64,000 bases of DNA from Steroidobacteraceae bacterium (GTDB lineage: Bacteria > Pseudomonadota > Gammaproteobacteria > Steroidobacterales > Steroidobacteraceae). Location of the stretch: positions 8,860 through 72,859 of the forward strand of contig DAORVK010000009.1 of assembly GCA_035433705.1 (NCBI GenBank), in the 5' to 3' direction. Every line of letters starts with the position of its first letter. The stretch's first letter is position 1. Under the pieces are notes generated by a model. It was not told where the DNA came from and did no database searches. It saw nothing but the letters and a program-made list of their open reading frames with translations. The translations under genes were made by a program, and so were the position numbers. Shown here piece by piece: positions 38,221 through 46,784 of the stretch.

Positions 38221-38316
38221 GGTTCACGTCCCTCTGCCGCGCCATAGACCATGTGGACGACGCCGCGTTTGAGCGCCCGTCCATAATTCAGGCTGCTGTC
38301 GTGTGAGGTTGAAGAC

Positions 38317-39096
38317 ATGATTGATACCGCTCTGCACATCGTGACCGAGAAACGTGAGGGCGTGCTACGCGTGGAGATTCATCGCCCGGAGAAGAAGAAT
38401 GCCCTGACCGCCGCGATGTATGGGCAGTTGGCCGATGTATTCCAGCAGGCCGCCGGGGATAGTGACATCCGCGTGCTGCTGCTCCATGGGCAGCCTGGCG
38501 CATTCACGGCAGGCAACGATCTGGGGGAATTCCTGAATGATCCGCCGATGAACGAAGATGCGCCGGTCTTCCGTTTCCTTACGGCCTTCCGGGACTTTCC
38601 GAAGCCCTTTCTCGCCGCGGTGACCGGGGCGGCCGTCGGCGTTGGCACGACAATGCTGCTCCATTGCGACATGGTGTTCGCGGGCGAGGGAGCAAAGTTC
38701 CAGCTGCCCTTCGTCAGCCTTGGTCTGTGTCCTGAAGCAGCTTCCAGTCTGTTGCTCCCGGCCTTGATCGGCCACGCGCGGGCGGCGGAGATCATCCTGC
38801 TGGGCGAACCCTTCGGCGCCGGGCAAGCGCGCGAGATGGGCCTCGTCAATGCGGTGCTGCCCGACGCCGAGGTGCTCGATCATGCGCTCGTCCGGGCTCG
38901 CAGGCTCGCGGCGCAGCCCCCGGCGGCGGTGCGGCTGGCGAAGCAGCTGCTGAAGCGACCGCAGGCGGCGCTGGTCAGGGAAACCATGGCGGAGGAAGAT
39001 CGGCAGTTCAAGGCGCGTCTCACTTCGCCGGAGGCGAGGGAAGCCTTCGGCGCGTTCCTCGAGAAGCGCAAGCCCGACTTCTCGCGCTTCTCGTGA
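38317..39096 (+). CDS. Enoyl-CoA hydratase/isomerase (crotonase family)
   Basis: RVEIHRPEKKNALT, FTAGNDLGEF, AAVTGAAVGVGTTMLLHCDMVFA, EAREAFGAFLEKRKPDF. Confidence 0.9.
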   Translation: MIDTALHIVTEKREGVLRVEIHRPEKKNALTAAMYGQLADVFQQAAGDSDIRVLLLHGQPGAFTAGNDLGEFLNDPPMNEDAPVFRFLTAFRDFPKPFLAAVTGAAVGVGTTMLLHCDMVFAGEGAKFQLPFVSLGLCPEAASSLLLPALIGHARAAEIILLGEPFGAGQAREMGLVNAVLPDAEVLDHALVRARRLAAQPPAAVRLAKQLLKRPQAALVRETMAEEDRQFKARLTSPEAREAFGAFLEKRKPDFSRFS

Positions 39097-39118
39097 GCCC
39101 CGCATCGGGCTGGCCCGG

Positions 39119-39940
39119 TCATCGTGCGTCGGGCTTTGCCATGCGCGCCAGGATGCGGCGAGCACGTTCCATGACCGGCCGGTCGATCATCTCGCCATCG
39201 AGCGAGCGAGCCGCGCCGGTATCGGCCGTCGCGATGACTCGCTGGGCCCAGGAGACTGCCGCCTCGTCGGGCCGAAAGGCATGACTGATGGGTGCGATCT
39301 GGCGTGGGTGGATCGCGAGCTTGCCGCCAAAGCCCAGATCGGCAGCGCGGCGCGCATCGTGCGCAACGGCAACCGGATCATCGATTGCCGTGGTGACGCC
39401 ATCGAGTGGTGCCGCTAGTCCGGCAAGCCGTGAGCGCAGCACGAGTTCCGCGCGCGCCGGCAGCAGTGGTTCCCAGGCGTGCGCACAACCGAGGTCGAGT
39501 GCGTAGTCGATCGAGCCAAGAGCGGCCATGCACACTCCTGGCGCCCCGAGAATATCGGTCAGACCAGCGAGCCCTGCGGCGCTTTCGATGAGAGGAATCA
39601 CAGACACGGTGCGCTGCAGAGCTGCTTGAATGGCTGCGATATCGCCGGCGTGCTCGACCTTCGGCAGCATCAGCGCGGCGATGGGGATTTCCCTGAGCGC
39701 GGCGAGATCGGCCTCAAACCAGGGAGAGGTGCGCGCGTTGACGCGGATGATCGTCCGGGATCCGTCCAGGCCATGACTGCGAATGCACTCACGCGCATAG
39801 GCCTTGCGTTCTGCCGCAACGGCGTCCTCGAGGTCCAGAATGACGGCGTCGGCGCCGCTCGCGGCAGCCTTTGCAAATCGTTCCGGCCGATCGCCCGGGA
39901 CGAACAGCGGCGCGATGAGGGGGCGGATCGACGTGCTCAC
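39119..39940 (-). CDS. HpcH/HpaI aldolase / CitE-like acyl-CoA lyase
   Basis: PLFVPGDRPERFAKAAASGADAVILDLEDAV..., RVNA..., LMLPKVE..., GFGGKLAIHPRQI. The second GTG at 39940 forms a GTGA overlap with the upstream stop; the ORF extends to 39994. Confidence 0.85.
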   Translation of the reverse strand: MSTSIRPLIAPLFVPGDRPERFAKAAASGADAVILDLEDAVAAERKAYARECIRSHGLDGSRTIIRVNARTSPWFEADLAALREIPIAALMLPKVEHAGDIAAIQAALQRTVSVIPLIESAAGLAGLTDILGAPGVCMAALGSIDYALDLGCAHAWEPLLPARAELVLRSRLAGLAAPLDGVTTAIDDPVAVAHDARRAADLGFGGKLAIHPRQIAPISHAFRPDEAAVSWAQRVIATADTGAARSLDGEMIDRPVMERARRILARMAKPDAR

Positions 39941-40794
39941 CACGATGCCGTGGCCTCCATGTTTCTCTCGCCGTGCGACGATTGTGTCCAGCATCGCAGG
40001 CTGCCGTCGGCCTCGCGCCGGCAGCAGACGTAGAAGTCACTTCCTGCAATCAGCGGCGCGACGCCCCGGTACTCGAAAGCCCGCGGTGTGCTGCCACCGA
40101 TCGTGGCCGCGAGATTCAGCAGCAGGGTGGCCTGTAGCGGGCCGTGTACGACCAGGCCCGCATAGCCCTCGACGTCCATTGCATAGGGCTGGTCGTAATG
40201 GATGCGGTGGCTGTTGAAAGTCAGTGCCGAATACCGGAACAGCAGCACCGGAGAAGCCGCTATGGTCCACACTCCATCGCAGTCCGCGGGAGGAGTGCAC
40301 GCGGCGGCCTCTGCGGCACGGGCTCGTGTCTCGCCCATTGGTGGCAACGCCGCTTCGCGATAGACGAGATCCTGCCGCTCGCGAATGACCGCGCTGCGTT
40401 CCGTGGCGAGTTCGTGCTCCACCGTGACGAAGGCGAGCGTTCCCGAGCGGCCTTCCTTGCACGTGATCTCGGCGATTTTCGAGCGGCGCGTGACTCGATC
40501 ATCCAGGCGCAATGGCGCGTTCGTTTCGACTCGACCTCCGGCCCACATGCGTCGCGGCAGCGGTAGGGGTGGCAGGAAGTCTCCAGTCAGAGGATGGCCG
40601 TCGGCTCCGATTCGGGAACCGTCGGCGGCTTCGGGAGCGAGACACCAGTGAATCGCCGGCGGCGCATCGCCAGGCTCCGTGCGTGCGAGGTGTGGTGTCA
40701 GGGTCGCGCAGTAGGCGTCGACCAGTCGGGGCGTCAGCACGTCGGCGCTCTCGCGAGTGCGACCGATCCACTGCGTCAGGGTAGGGAGATCCAA
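39937..40794 (-). CDS. FAS1-like/MaoC-type acyl-CoA hydratase (itaconyl-/mesaconyl-CoA hydratase-like)
   Basis: LTQWIGRTRESADVLTPRLVDAYCATL, MWAGGRVE, FRYSALTFNSHRIHYD...GLVVHGPL. Start uncertain: TTG 40794 lies 10 nt after the upstream stop; GTG 40848 and GTG 40878 would overlap the upstream gene. Confidence 0.7.
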   Translation of the reverse strand: MDLPTLTQWIGRTRESADVLTPRLVDAYCATLTPHLARTEPGDAPPAIHWCLAPEAADGSRIGADGHPLTGDFLPPLPLPRRMWAGGRVETNAPLRLDDRVTRRSKIAEITCKEGRSGTLAFVTVEHELATERSAVIRERQDLVYREAALPPMGETRARAAEAAACTPPADCDGVWTIAASPVLLFRYSALTFNSHRIHYDQPYAMDVEGYAGLVVHGPLQATLLLNLAATIGGSTPRAFEYRGVAPLIAGSDFYVCCRREADGSLRCWTQSSHGERNMEATASW

Positions 40795-40804
40795 AGCCGC
40801 GCTC

Positions 40805-41632
40805 TCAGTAACCCCGATACTTTGGCTCGCGACCTTCGCGCGCCGCACGCAGTACTTCCCTGGCGTCGTCGGTCGCACTGCATTGCATCATGTTGTAGGC
40901 CTCGAGCTCGATGACCTGCTCGAGCGTCATCGATTCCGCAGCGTTGAGGCTGCGCTTGATGTAGCGGTAGGCCACCGGTGGGCCATCGTCCAGACGGCTC
41001 GCGAGCGCCTGCGTTTCCCCTTCCAGCTCGGCATCCGGCACGACGCGCGTTACGAGGCCGATGCGCAGGGCCTCATCCGCCGGGATCTTGTCTCCGAGCA
41101 GATAGAGTTCCCGCGCCTTTGCCGGCCCGACCACACGCGGGAGAAGATAGCTGCCGCCGAAATCCCCGGGCCGCGCCGCCCTGACGTAGGCCGTGGCGAA
41201 CGATGCGGTTTCCGAGGCAATACGAATGTCGCAAGCGGCGGCGAGGCACAGTCCGGCGCCGACGACAGGGCCGCGCAGCATCGCGATCGTCGGCTTCGGC
41301 ATGGTGTGCAGCAGGATCGGCGAGCGGCTGAGCCTCCCGACGTGCGAAGCGCGCATGCCGACCGATTTCCACACCGGATCCTCGGACCATCTGACGCTGA
41401 CAGGATCTCCCGGATCCAGTTGCTCGCGGCTGCGCAGATCCCCTCCCGAGCAGAAGCCGCGACCCGTGCCGGCCAGTACGACGACTCTCACGCCGGGATC
41501 GACGCTGGCCGCTTCCAGCGCCTCGTTGAGCAGCCGCATCAACTCCCATGTGAGCGCATTGAGCTGCTCGGGGCGATTCAGCGTCAGCGTGAGAACGCCT
41601 TCGAGCTGCTGTCTGAGTAGAACGGATGTCAT
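40805..41632 (-). CDS. Enoyl-CoA hydratase/isomerase (crotonase family)
   Basis: LTLTLNRPEQLNALT, GFCSGGDL, AMLRGPVVGAGLCLAAACDIRIA, AREGREPKY. Confidence 0.9.
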   Translation of the reverse strand: MTSVLLRQQLEGVLTLTLNRPEQLNALTWELMRLLNEALEAASVDPGVRVVVLAGTGRGFCSGGDLRSREQLDPGDPVSVRWSEDPVWKSVGMRASHVGRLSRSPILLHTMPKPTIAMLRGPVVGAGLCLAAACDIRIASETASFATAYVRAARPGDFGGSYLLPRVVGPAKARELYLLGDKIPADEALRIGLVTRVVPDAELEGETQALASRLDDGPPVAYRYIKRSLNAAESMTLEQVIELEAYNMMQCSATDDAREVLRAAREGREPKYRGY

Positions 41633-41673
41633 GTCATTCTCTCGTCAACTTAACTGTCGCAAGTGCGAGTACT

Positions 41674-41693
41674 CATCGTCCGTTCAGACGATG
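41674..41693 (+). promoter_or_regulatory. Recurring motif, most palindromic copy: CATCGTCCGTTCAGACGATG (candidate operator)
   Basis: Inverted repeat CATCGTC-N6-GACGATG. Lies in the divergent region between the crotonase operon (minus) and the carboxylase genes (plus), 86 nt upstream of ATG 41779. Confidence 0.55.
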
Positions 41694-41778
41694 GGTCACG
41701 ATGGCCCGGGAGCTAGCCTAGCATTGCGGGGCCGAGTGCGCGGCCCTTGCAGGCTCGGTCCACGGAGGTGATGGTCAG

Positions 41779-43923
41779 ATGCAGCGCTATCTCGCAGCCT
41801 GTGATGCAGGTGGAACGATGACCGACGTGATCATCGTCGATGAGACGGGTCGCTCGGTCGTGGGCAAGGCTCCCACCAGCCCGCGCGATGAAAGTATCGG
41901 CTACATGGAAGCGTTCTTCGAGGCGCTCGACGAAATCGGGATCCCGAAGGAGGAGCAGCAGAGCTTTGGTTCGCGTCTCGAGACAGCGATCTACACCGGC
42001 ACTTCGATGCTCAACTGCGTGATCAACATGTCCGGGTACCGGACAGGCCTGATCACCACCAGAGGCTTCGAGGACATCAACGCGCAGGGTCGCGGCAAGC
42101 AGACTTTCATCGGTCAGCAGTGGTCCGAGATCAGCCACATGCAGTACCGCAGGCACCGCACGCCGCTCGTGCCAAGGAAGCTGGCGCGCGGCGTCACCGA
42201 GCGCATCGACATGTTCGGCAAGGTTGTCATCCCGCTCTACGAGCACGAGGTGGAGCAGGCCGCGCGCGAGTTGATCGTCAATGAGCAGTGCCAGTCGATT
42301 GCCATCGTTTTCCTGCAGTCGTACAAGAACGCCGAACACGAGGAACGCGCCGAGGCTATCGTGCGGCGCGTGATGCAGCAGGCCGGCCGCGACATTCCCA
42401 TCGAGCTCTCGAGCCGGGTGGCGCCGACGATGCGGGAGATCTCCCGCGCGAACTCGACCATCGTGCAGGCCTATGCGACCGACCCGGCGAGAAAGCAGCT
42501 GTTCCGCATCGAGGAGTCGCTGAAGAAGATCGGCTATCGCCACAGCCTCAAGACCGTGCTCGGTTACGGCGGGGTGACCAATATCCGCTACCCGCGGCTG
42601 TTCGAAGCCGCCATGTCGGGCCCCGTCGGCGGCCTGATGGGGGCGAAGTATCTCGGCGGCGTGATCGGCGAGGAGAACATCGTCTGTTCAGACGTTGGCG
42701 GCACATCCTTCGATGCCGGCTGCATCACGGCAGGCGCGGTGCCCATCAACCGCGAGCCGGGCTTCCAGGACATGTATCTCACGGCCCCGATGCTGAGCAT
42801 CAATTCCATCGGCGCAGGAACGGGCACCTACATTCGCATCGATCCCACCACCAACCGCATCAAGCTGGGTCCCGACTCCGCCGGCGGCACGCCGGGGCCG
42901 ACCTTCATGGAGGCCGGCAACACGACACCGACCATCAATGACGCGAATCTCCTGCTCGGCATCCTGAATGAGCACAACTATCTCGGCGGCAAGGTCAAGG
43001 TCAACAAGGAGACCTCGTTCCGGCTGTTCAGGGAAAGGGTCGCAGAGCCGCTTGGGCTCGACGTCTACGATGCCTGTGAAGTCTGCATCGATCTGCTGAA
43101 CATCCAGATGCGCGAACACCTGGTGCGCAGTCTCATGGTCGGCCGCGACTTGCGTGACTACGTTCTGCTCGGATATGGCGGTGGCGGTCCGCTGCACCTG
43201 TTGCCCTACGCCGGAGGCCATCCCTACAAGGCCGTAATCACCGTGCCCTGGGCCGGCGGCTTCTCCGCATGGGGTGGTGCCTGCATGGACTATGCGCACC
43301 GCCGTCACAAGACCGTTTCCGTGGTGATCGCCTCCGGACAAAGCGACACCGGGCGCGTAGCCGCGGCCCAGCCGATGGTGGACATCTGGGATCAGCTGCG
43401 CAACGAACTCGTCGAGGAGCTCGTGGGCGAGGGGTTCAGGAAGGAGTCAATCCAGATTCAGCCCGTGGCCTACGTTCGCTATTACGGGCAGCTCGAGGAC
43501 GTCGAGGTGCCCGCCCCGACAGCGAGCATCCGCACTTCCGGCGATCTCGACGCGCTGATCGCACGGTTCGAGGAAATCTACACGCGCATGTTCACGCTTG
43601 CCGGCAAGCCCGATGTGGGCACCTACCACATCACGGAAGTCTGCGTCGTGGCCACGGTAGAGACCGTCAAGCCGAAGCTCGTGAAGTACCCGCTCGCAGG
43701 CCGTACGCCACCGGCGGAGGCGACGAAGGGCACACGCCGGATCTACCAGAAAGGCAAGTGGCACGATGCGAATATCTACAGGATGGAGAGCATGCGACCC
43801 GGCAACGAGGTGGATGGCCTCGCCGTCATCGAAGCCTCCAACACGACGTTGTTCGTTCCATCCGAGTGGCACGTCCGCATCGACGAGTACAGCGTCTACT
43901 GGATGACGCGGAAGGACCGATAG
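41779..43923 (+). CDS. Hydantoinase/oxoprolinase A-family protein (acetone-carboxylase beta-subunit-like)
   Basis: AACDAGGTMTDVIIVDETGRSVVGKAPTSP at the N-terminus, 714 aa, SDVGGTSFD. The gene order A-B-gamma matches acetone/acetophenone carboxylase loci. Confidence 0.9.
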   Translation: MQRYLAACDAGGTMTDVIIVDETGRSVVGKAPTSPRDESIGYMEAFFEALDEIGIPKEEQQSFGSRLETAIYTGTSMLNCVINMSGYRTGLITTRGFEDINAQGRGKQTFIGQQWSEISHMQYRRHRTPLVPRKLARGVTERIDMFGKVVIPLYEHEVEQAARELIVNEQCQSIAIVFLQSYKNAEHEERAEAIVRRVMQQAGRDIPIELSSRVAPTMREISRANSTIVQAYATDPARKQLFRIEESLKKIGYRHSLKTVLGYGGVTNIRYPRLFEAAMSGPVGGLMGAKYLGGVIGEENIVCSDVGGTSFDAGCITAGAVPINREPGFQDMYLTAPMLSINSIGAGTGTYIRIDPTTNRIKLGPDSAGGTPGPTFMEAGNTTPTINDANLLLGILNEHNYLGGKVKVNKETSFRLFRERVAEPLGLDVYDACEVCIDLLNIQMREHLVRSLMVGRDLRDYVLLGYGGGGPLHLLPYAGGHPYKAVITVPWAGGFSAWGGACMDYAHRRHKTVSVVIASGQSDTGRVAAAQPMVDIWDQLRNELVEELVGEGFRKESIQIQPVAYVRYYGQLEDVEVPAPTASIRTSGDLDALIARFEEIYTRMFTLAGKPDVGTYHITEVCVVATVETVKPKLVKYPLAGRTPPAEATKGTRRIYQKGKWHDANIYRMESMRPGNEVDGLAVIEASNTTLFVPSEWHVRIDEYSVYWMTRKDR

Positions 43924-46128
43924 ATGGGCAGTCAGCTGAAGCTCAGGGAGCAGCTCACGGTCAACGACGAACTCTTCAGGCAGACCGGCTGCATGTTCGG
44001 TCTGGAGCGACTCGCCGAGAAGGAAAAGGACCCTGGCCTCTATGAGGCCGTGTGGCACATCCTGCTGAGCGTCTGCAACACCGCCTGGGAGGTCGGCTGC
44101 AAGGTTTCGGCCTCTCCGGTCGCCGCGGAAGGTGGCGATGCACTCTGGGCGCTGCACACCCCGACCGGCGAGTGCATCTGCACCTCGTATGGCATCACCG
44201 CGCACGTCGGGCTTCTCGCCTCGATGGTGCGCAAATTCATCGAGCTCGGTTACGAGGACGTGCCCGGCTTCCGGCAGGGCGATATCTTCGAGAACAACGA
44301 TCCGCACTACGGCGGCATCCATATGCCCGACATGGATACCGCCATGCCGATCTTCTACCACGGCAAGCTCGTGGCCTGGGCCTCCTCGGTGACCCACGTC
44401 GTCGATGCCGGCGCGGTGCTGCCGGGCTCGATCAACTTCATGAACCCCGACACCTTCTCGGACGGCATGCCCGTCTCGGTGGAGCGGATCGGGGAGAACG
44501 ATCGCTACTATCCCTGGTACGAACTGCGCATCAGGTCGCGTACGCGCGCTCCGGACTGGGTATTCAGCGATGCGCGCGGGCGACTGGCTGGCCTCATCAC
44601 CGTGCGCGAGAAGCTGATCGAGACCATCGACAAGTACGGCCTCGCGTTCTTCGAGGGCGCCTCAAAAGAATACATCGAGGACAGCCGACGCTATGCTGTG
44701 GCGCGCATCCGTACGCAGGCGGTTCCGGGGCGCATACGCAAGTCGCAGTTCAAAGACCTGGCAATGAAGGACAACGTGGTCCTGATGCCGAAGCAGAAGG
44801 TCGATCTTCTGTCGAACGTGCCGATGGAGATGAACATCGACGGCAAGGCCAACGTGAGTCTGTCGCTTGCCGGGGCCAGCGCGAGCGTGCCTTTCGGTCA
44901 GAACATCACGCCGACGGCGCTGTCCTCGGCGCTGCTCATGGGCTACTCGCACGTGGTCGGCTTTGACATGTTCAACTCCGGGCCGACTTACGCGCTGACG
45001 GTGGATACGCCACCGCCGGGTTCATGGTGCAACCCCTTCGCGACCGACTGGTTCGCCTCCACCGGCATGGGCTGGTCCTCGGCGATCCGCTGGCTGAGCT
45101 CGCTCTACGAAGTGACGGGGCGCCTCTATTACATGCGCGGTTTCGTGGAGGAAATGTCGGCCGGCGCCGCTACCACGTTGTGCGCCGAGTGGAACGGCAT
45201 CAACCAGTATGGGCAGTATGCGGTATGCCTCACGCTGGAGCAGGCGAGCAACGGCTCTCCGGCACGCGGCATTTCCGACGGTGAGCCGGCGGCCTGGTGC
45301 CTGTACACGGCGAACGCCGACTTCGGCAACGCCGAGGTCATGGAGCTCTACTATCCGCTCATGTATCTCGGCCGGAACATGGAGCCGGATTCGGGCGGCT
45401 ATGGCAAGTTCCGCGGTGGCATGGGTCACACCACCGTCTGGATGGTGAAGAACTCCCCGGGGATGAACTTTGCCGCTGCCTGCGCCGGGGCCCATAGCAA
45501 AATCACAGCCAATCACGGCATGTACGGCGCGTATCCGACGCCGGGGGACCGTGTCGCCTATGCTGCCGGCACGAACGTCGAGGAACTCATCGCGCAGCGC
45601 AAACCCCTCGTGCACGATCGCGGCGACGATCCCGAGCATCCGACGCTCGAGCGCAACATCTCCGCGCGCGTCATGAACAACGACGTGGTCGTGCCGGTGA
45701 ATATTCCCGAAACGCTGCACGAGTACGACCTGGTGATCAGTCCGACTTCCGGCGCGCAGGCCATGGGGGACCCCATCGAGCGCGACCTCGCGCTCGTCAA
45801 GGACGATCTCGACAAAGGCCTGACCCGCCCATGGGTCGCGGAGAACGTCCATGGCGTCATCGCACGCAAGGCAGGCGAGGGCGATTGGATCATCGATGTG
45901 CAAGCCACGGAGAAGAAGCGCCAGGGTATCCGTGAAGCACGGCGACGCCGCGGCGTGCCGTTCAGGGACTGGTGGCAGCAGGAGCGCGAACAGGTTGCAG
46001 TGGGCGCCAACATGGACGAGGCCGTGCTGAGAATGTGGAACAGCTCAATGAAGCTTTCGCCCGGGTATGCCGCTGAGCTCCGCGCCTTCTGGAATCTGCC
46101 GGTCGACTTCGAATTCCGGGGAGCCTGA
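43924..46128 (+). CDS. Hydantoinase B/oxoprolinase-family protein (acetone-carboxylase alpha-subunit-like)
   Basis: 734 aa; NDPHYGGIHMPD, GGYGKFRGGMG. The start abuts the upstream stop. Confidence 0.9.
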   Translation: MGSQLKLREQLTVNDELFRQTGCMFGLERLAEKEKDPGLYEAVWHILLSVCNTAWEVGCKVSASPVAAEGGDALWALHTPTGECICTSYGITAHVGLLASMVRKFIELGYEDVPGFRQGDIFENNDPHYGGIHMPDMDTAMPIFYHGKLVAWASSVTHVVDAGAVLPGSINFMNPDTFSDGMPVSVERIGENDRYYPWYELRIRSRTRAPDWVFSDARGRLAGLITVREKLIETIDKYGLAFFEGASKEYIEDSRRYAVARIRTQAVPGRIRKSQFKDLAMKDNVVLMPKQKVDLLSNVPMEMNIDGKANVSLSLAGASASVPFGQNITPTALSSALLMGYSHVVGFDMFNSGPTYALTVDTPPPGSWCNPFATDWFASTGMGWSSAIRWLSSLYEVTGRLYYMRGFVEEMSAGAATTLCAEWNGINQYGQYAVCLTLEQASNGSPARGISDGEPAAWCLYTANADFGNAEVMELYYPLMYLGRNMEPDSGGYGKFRGGMGHTTVWMVKNSPGMNFAAACAGAHSKITANHGMYGAYPTPGDRVAYAAGTNVEELIAQRKPLVHDRGDDPEHPTLERNISARVMNNDVVVPVNIPETLHEYDLVISPTSGAQAMGDPIERDLALVKDDLDKGLTRPWVAENVHGVIARKAGEGDWIIDVQATEKKRQGIREARRRRGVPFRDWWQQEREQVAVGANMDEAVLRMWNSSMKLSPGYAAELRAFWNLPVDFEFRGA

Positions 46129-46129
46129 C

Positions 46130-46684
46130 GTGGCCGAGTACGACACTTACGACATCGAGGACATCCGCAAGCTCGTGGACGGAGAGCTTCCCTGGGGGGC
46201 CGTTCAGCAGATCATGAAGAACGCCAAGGACAGGGACCGCTTCGACAAGTGGGTCTCTATCCTGCAGGGGCGCGTGCCCTGGAAGGACAAGATACTGCTG
46301 CCGCTGACGCCGGCTCTCTACATCGTGCAGAAACCAGGCGAGCGTGTGGTGAAGTGCCGCTGCGGGCACGAGTTTGGCGACTATCGGGTCAACTGGAAGC
46401 TCTCCGCGCTGATCCATGTGCGCGACACCGACGAGAAGATTTCCGAGGTGTATCGTGGCTTCCAGAAGCCCGATCTCGCCTGGATGCAGTTGCGCGAGTA
46501 TTACTGCCCAGGCTGCGGCTCGCAGCTCGAAGTCGAGGCGGTGGCGCGCGGCTGCCCGCCGGACTTCGAGTTCCTCCCCGACCTCGACACCTTCTACCGC
46601 GACTGGCTGGGCCAGCCGCTGCCCGACACCGTCGAATTTGCCGACCGGACGCCGGAGCGAATCAGGGAGTGGTCGTCCCGATGA
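46130..46684 (+). CDS. Acetone-carboxylase gamma-subunit-family protein
   Basis: A GTG start lies 1 nt after the upstream stop. Zinc-ribbon Cys pairs VKCRCGHEF ... YYCPGCGSQLEVE, and PDFEFLPDLDTFYRDWLG. Confidence 0.85.
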   Translation: MAEYDTYDIEDIRKLVDGELPWGAVQQIMKNAKDRDRFDKWVSILQGRVPWKDKILLPLTPALYIVQKPGERVVKCRCGHEFGDYRVNWKLSALIHVRDTDEKISEVYRGFQKPDLAWMQLREYYCPGCGSQLEVEAVARGCPPDFEFLPDLDTFYRDWLGQPLPDTVEFADRTPERIREWSSR

Positions 46685-46784
46685 GGCAACGCGCCCGACG
46701 CAGGTGAACAAAGGCATGGACACGGAACCGGCACCGTTGGTGAAATCCGGGTTGTCACAAAGCAATTGGATTGAGACCCCGGAC

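Noticed and set aside
38244-38262. Weak motif-like sequences: ATAGACCATGTGGACGACG (38244-38262, thioesterase/crotonase divergent region) and TAGTCTAGGGAGCAGGGT (8781-8798, GRE leader)
   Set aside because: Only about 10-11 of 18-19 positions match, and the central palindrome is lost. This is not distinguishable from chance by eye.
42679-42696. Near-perfect palindrome ATCGTCTGTTCAGACGTT, closely matching the idealised island motif
   Set aside because: It lies about 900 nt inside the HyuA-like coding sequence (codons for NIVCSDVGG, a conserved ATPase motif), so it may be coincidental. It is worth including in any genome-wide motif scan but is not counted as a site.
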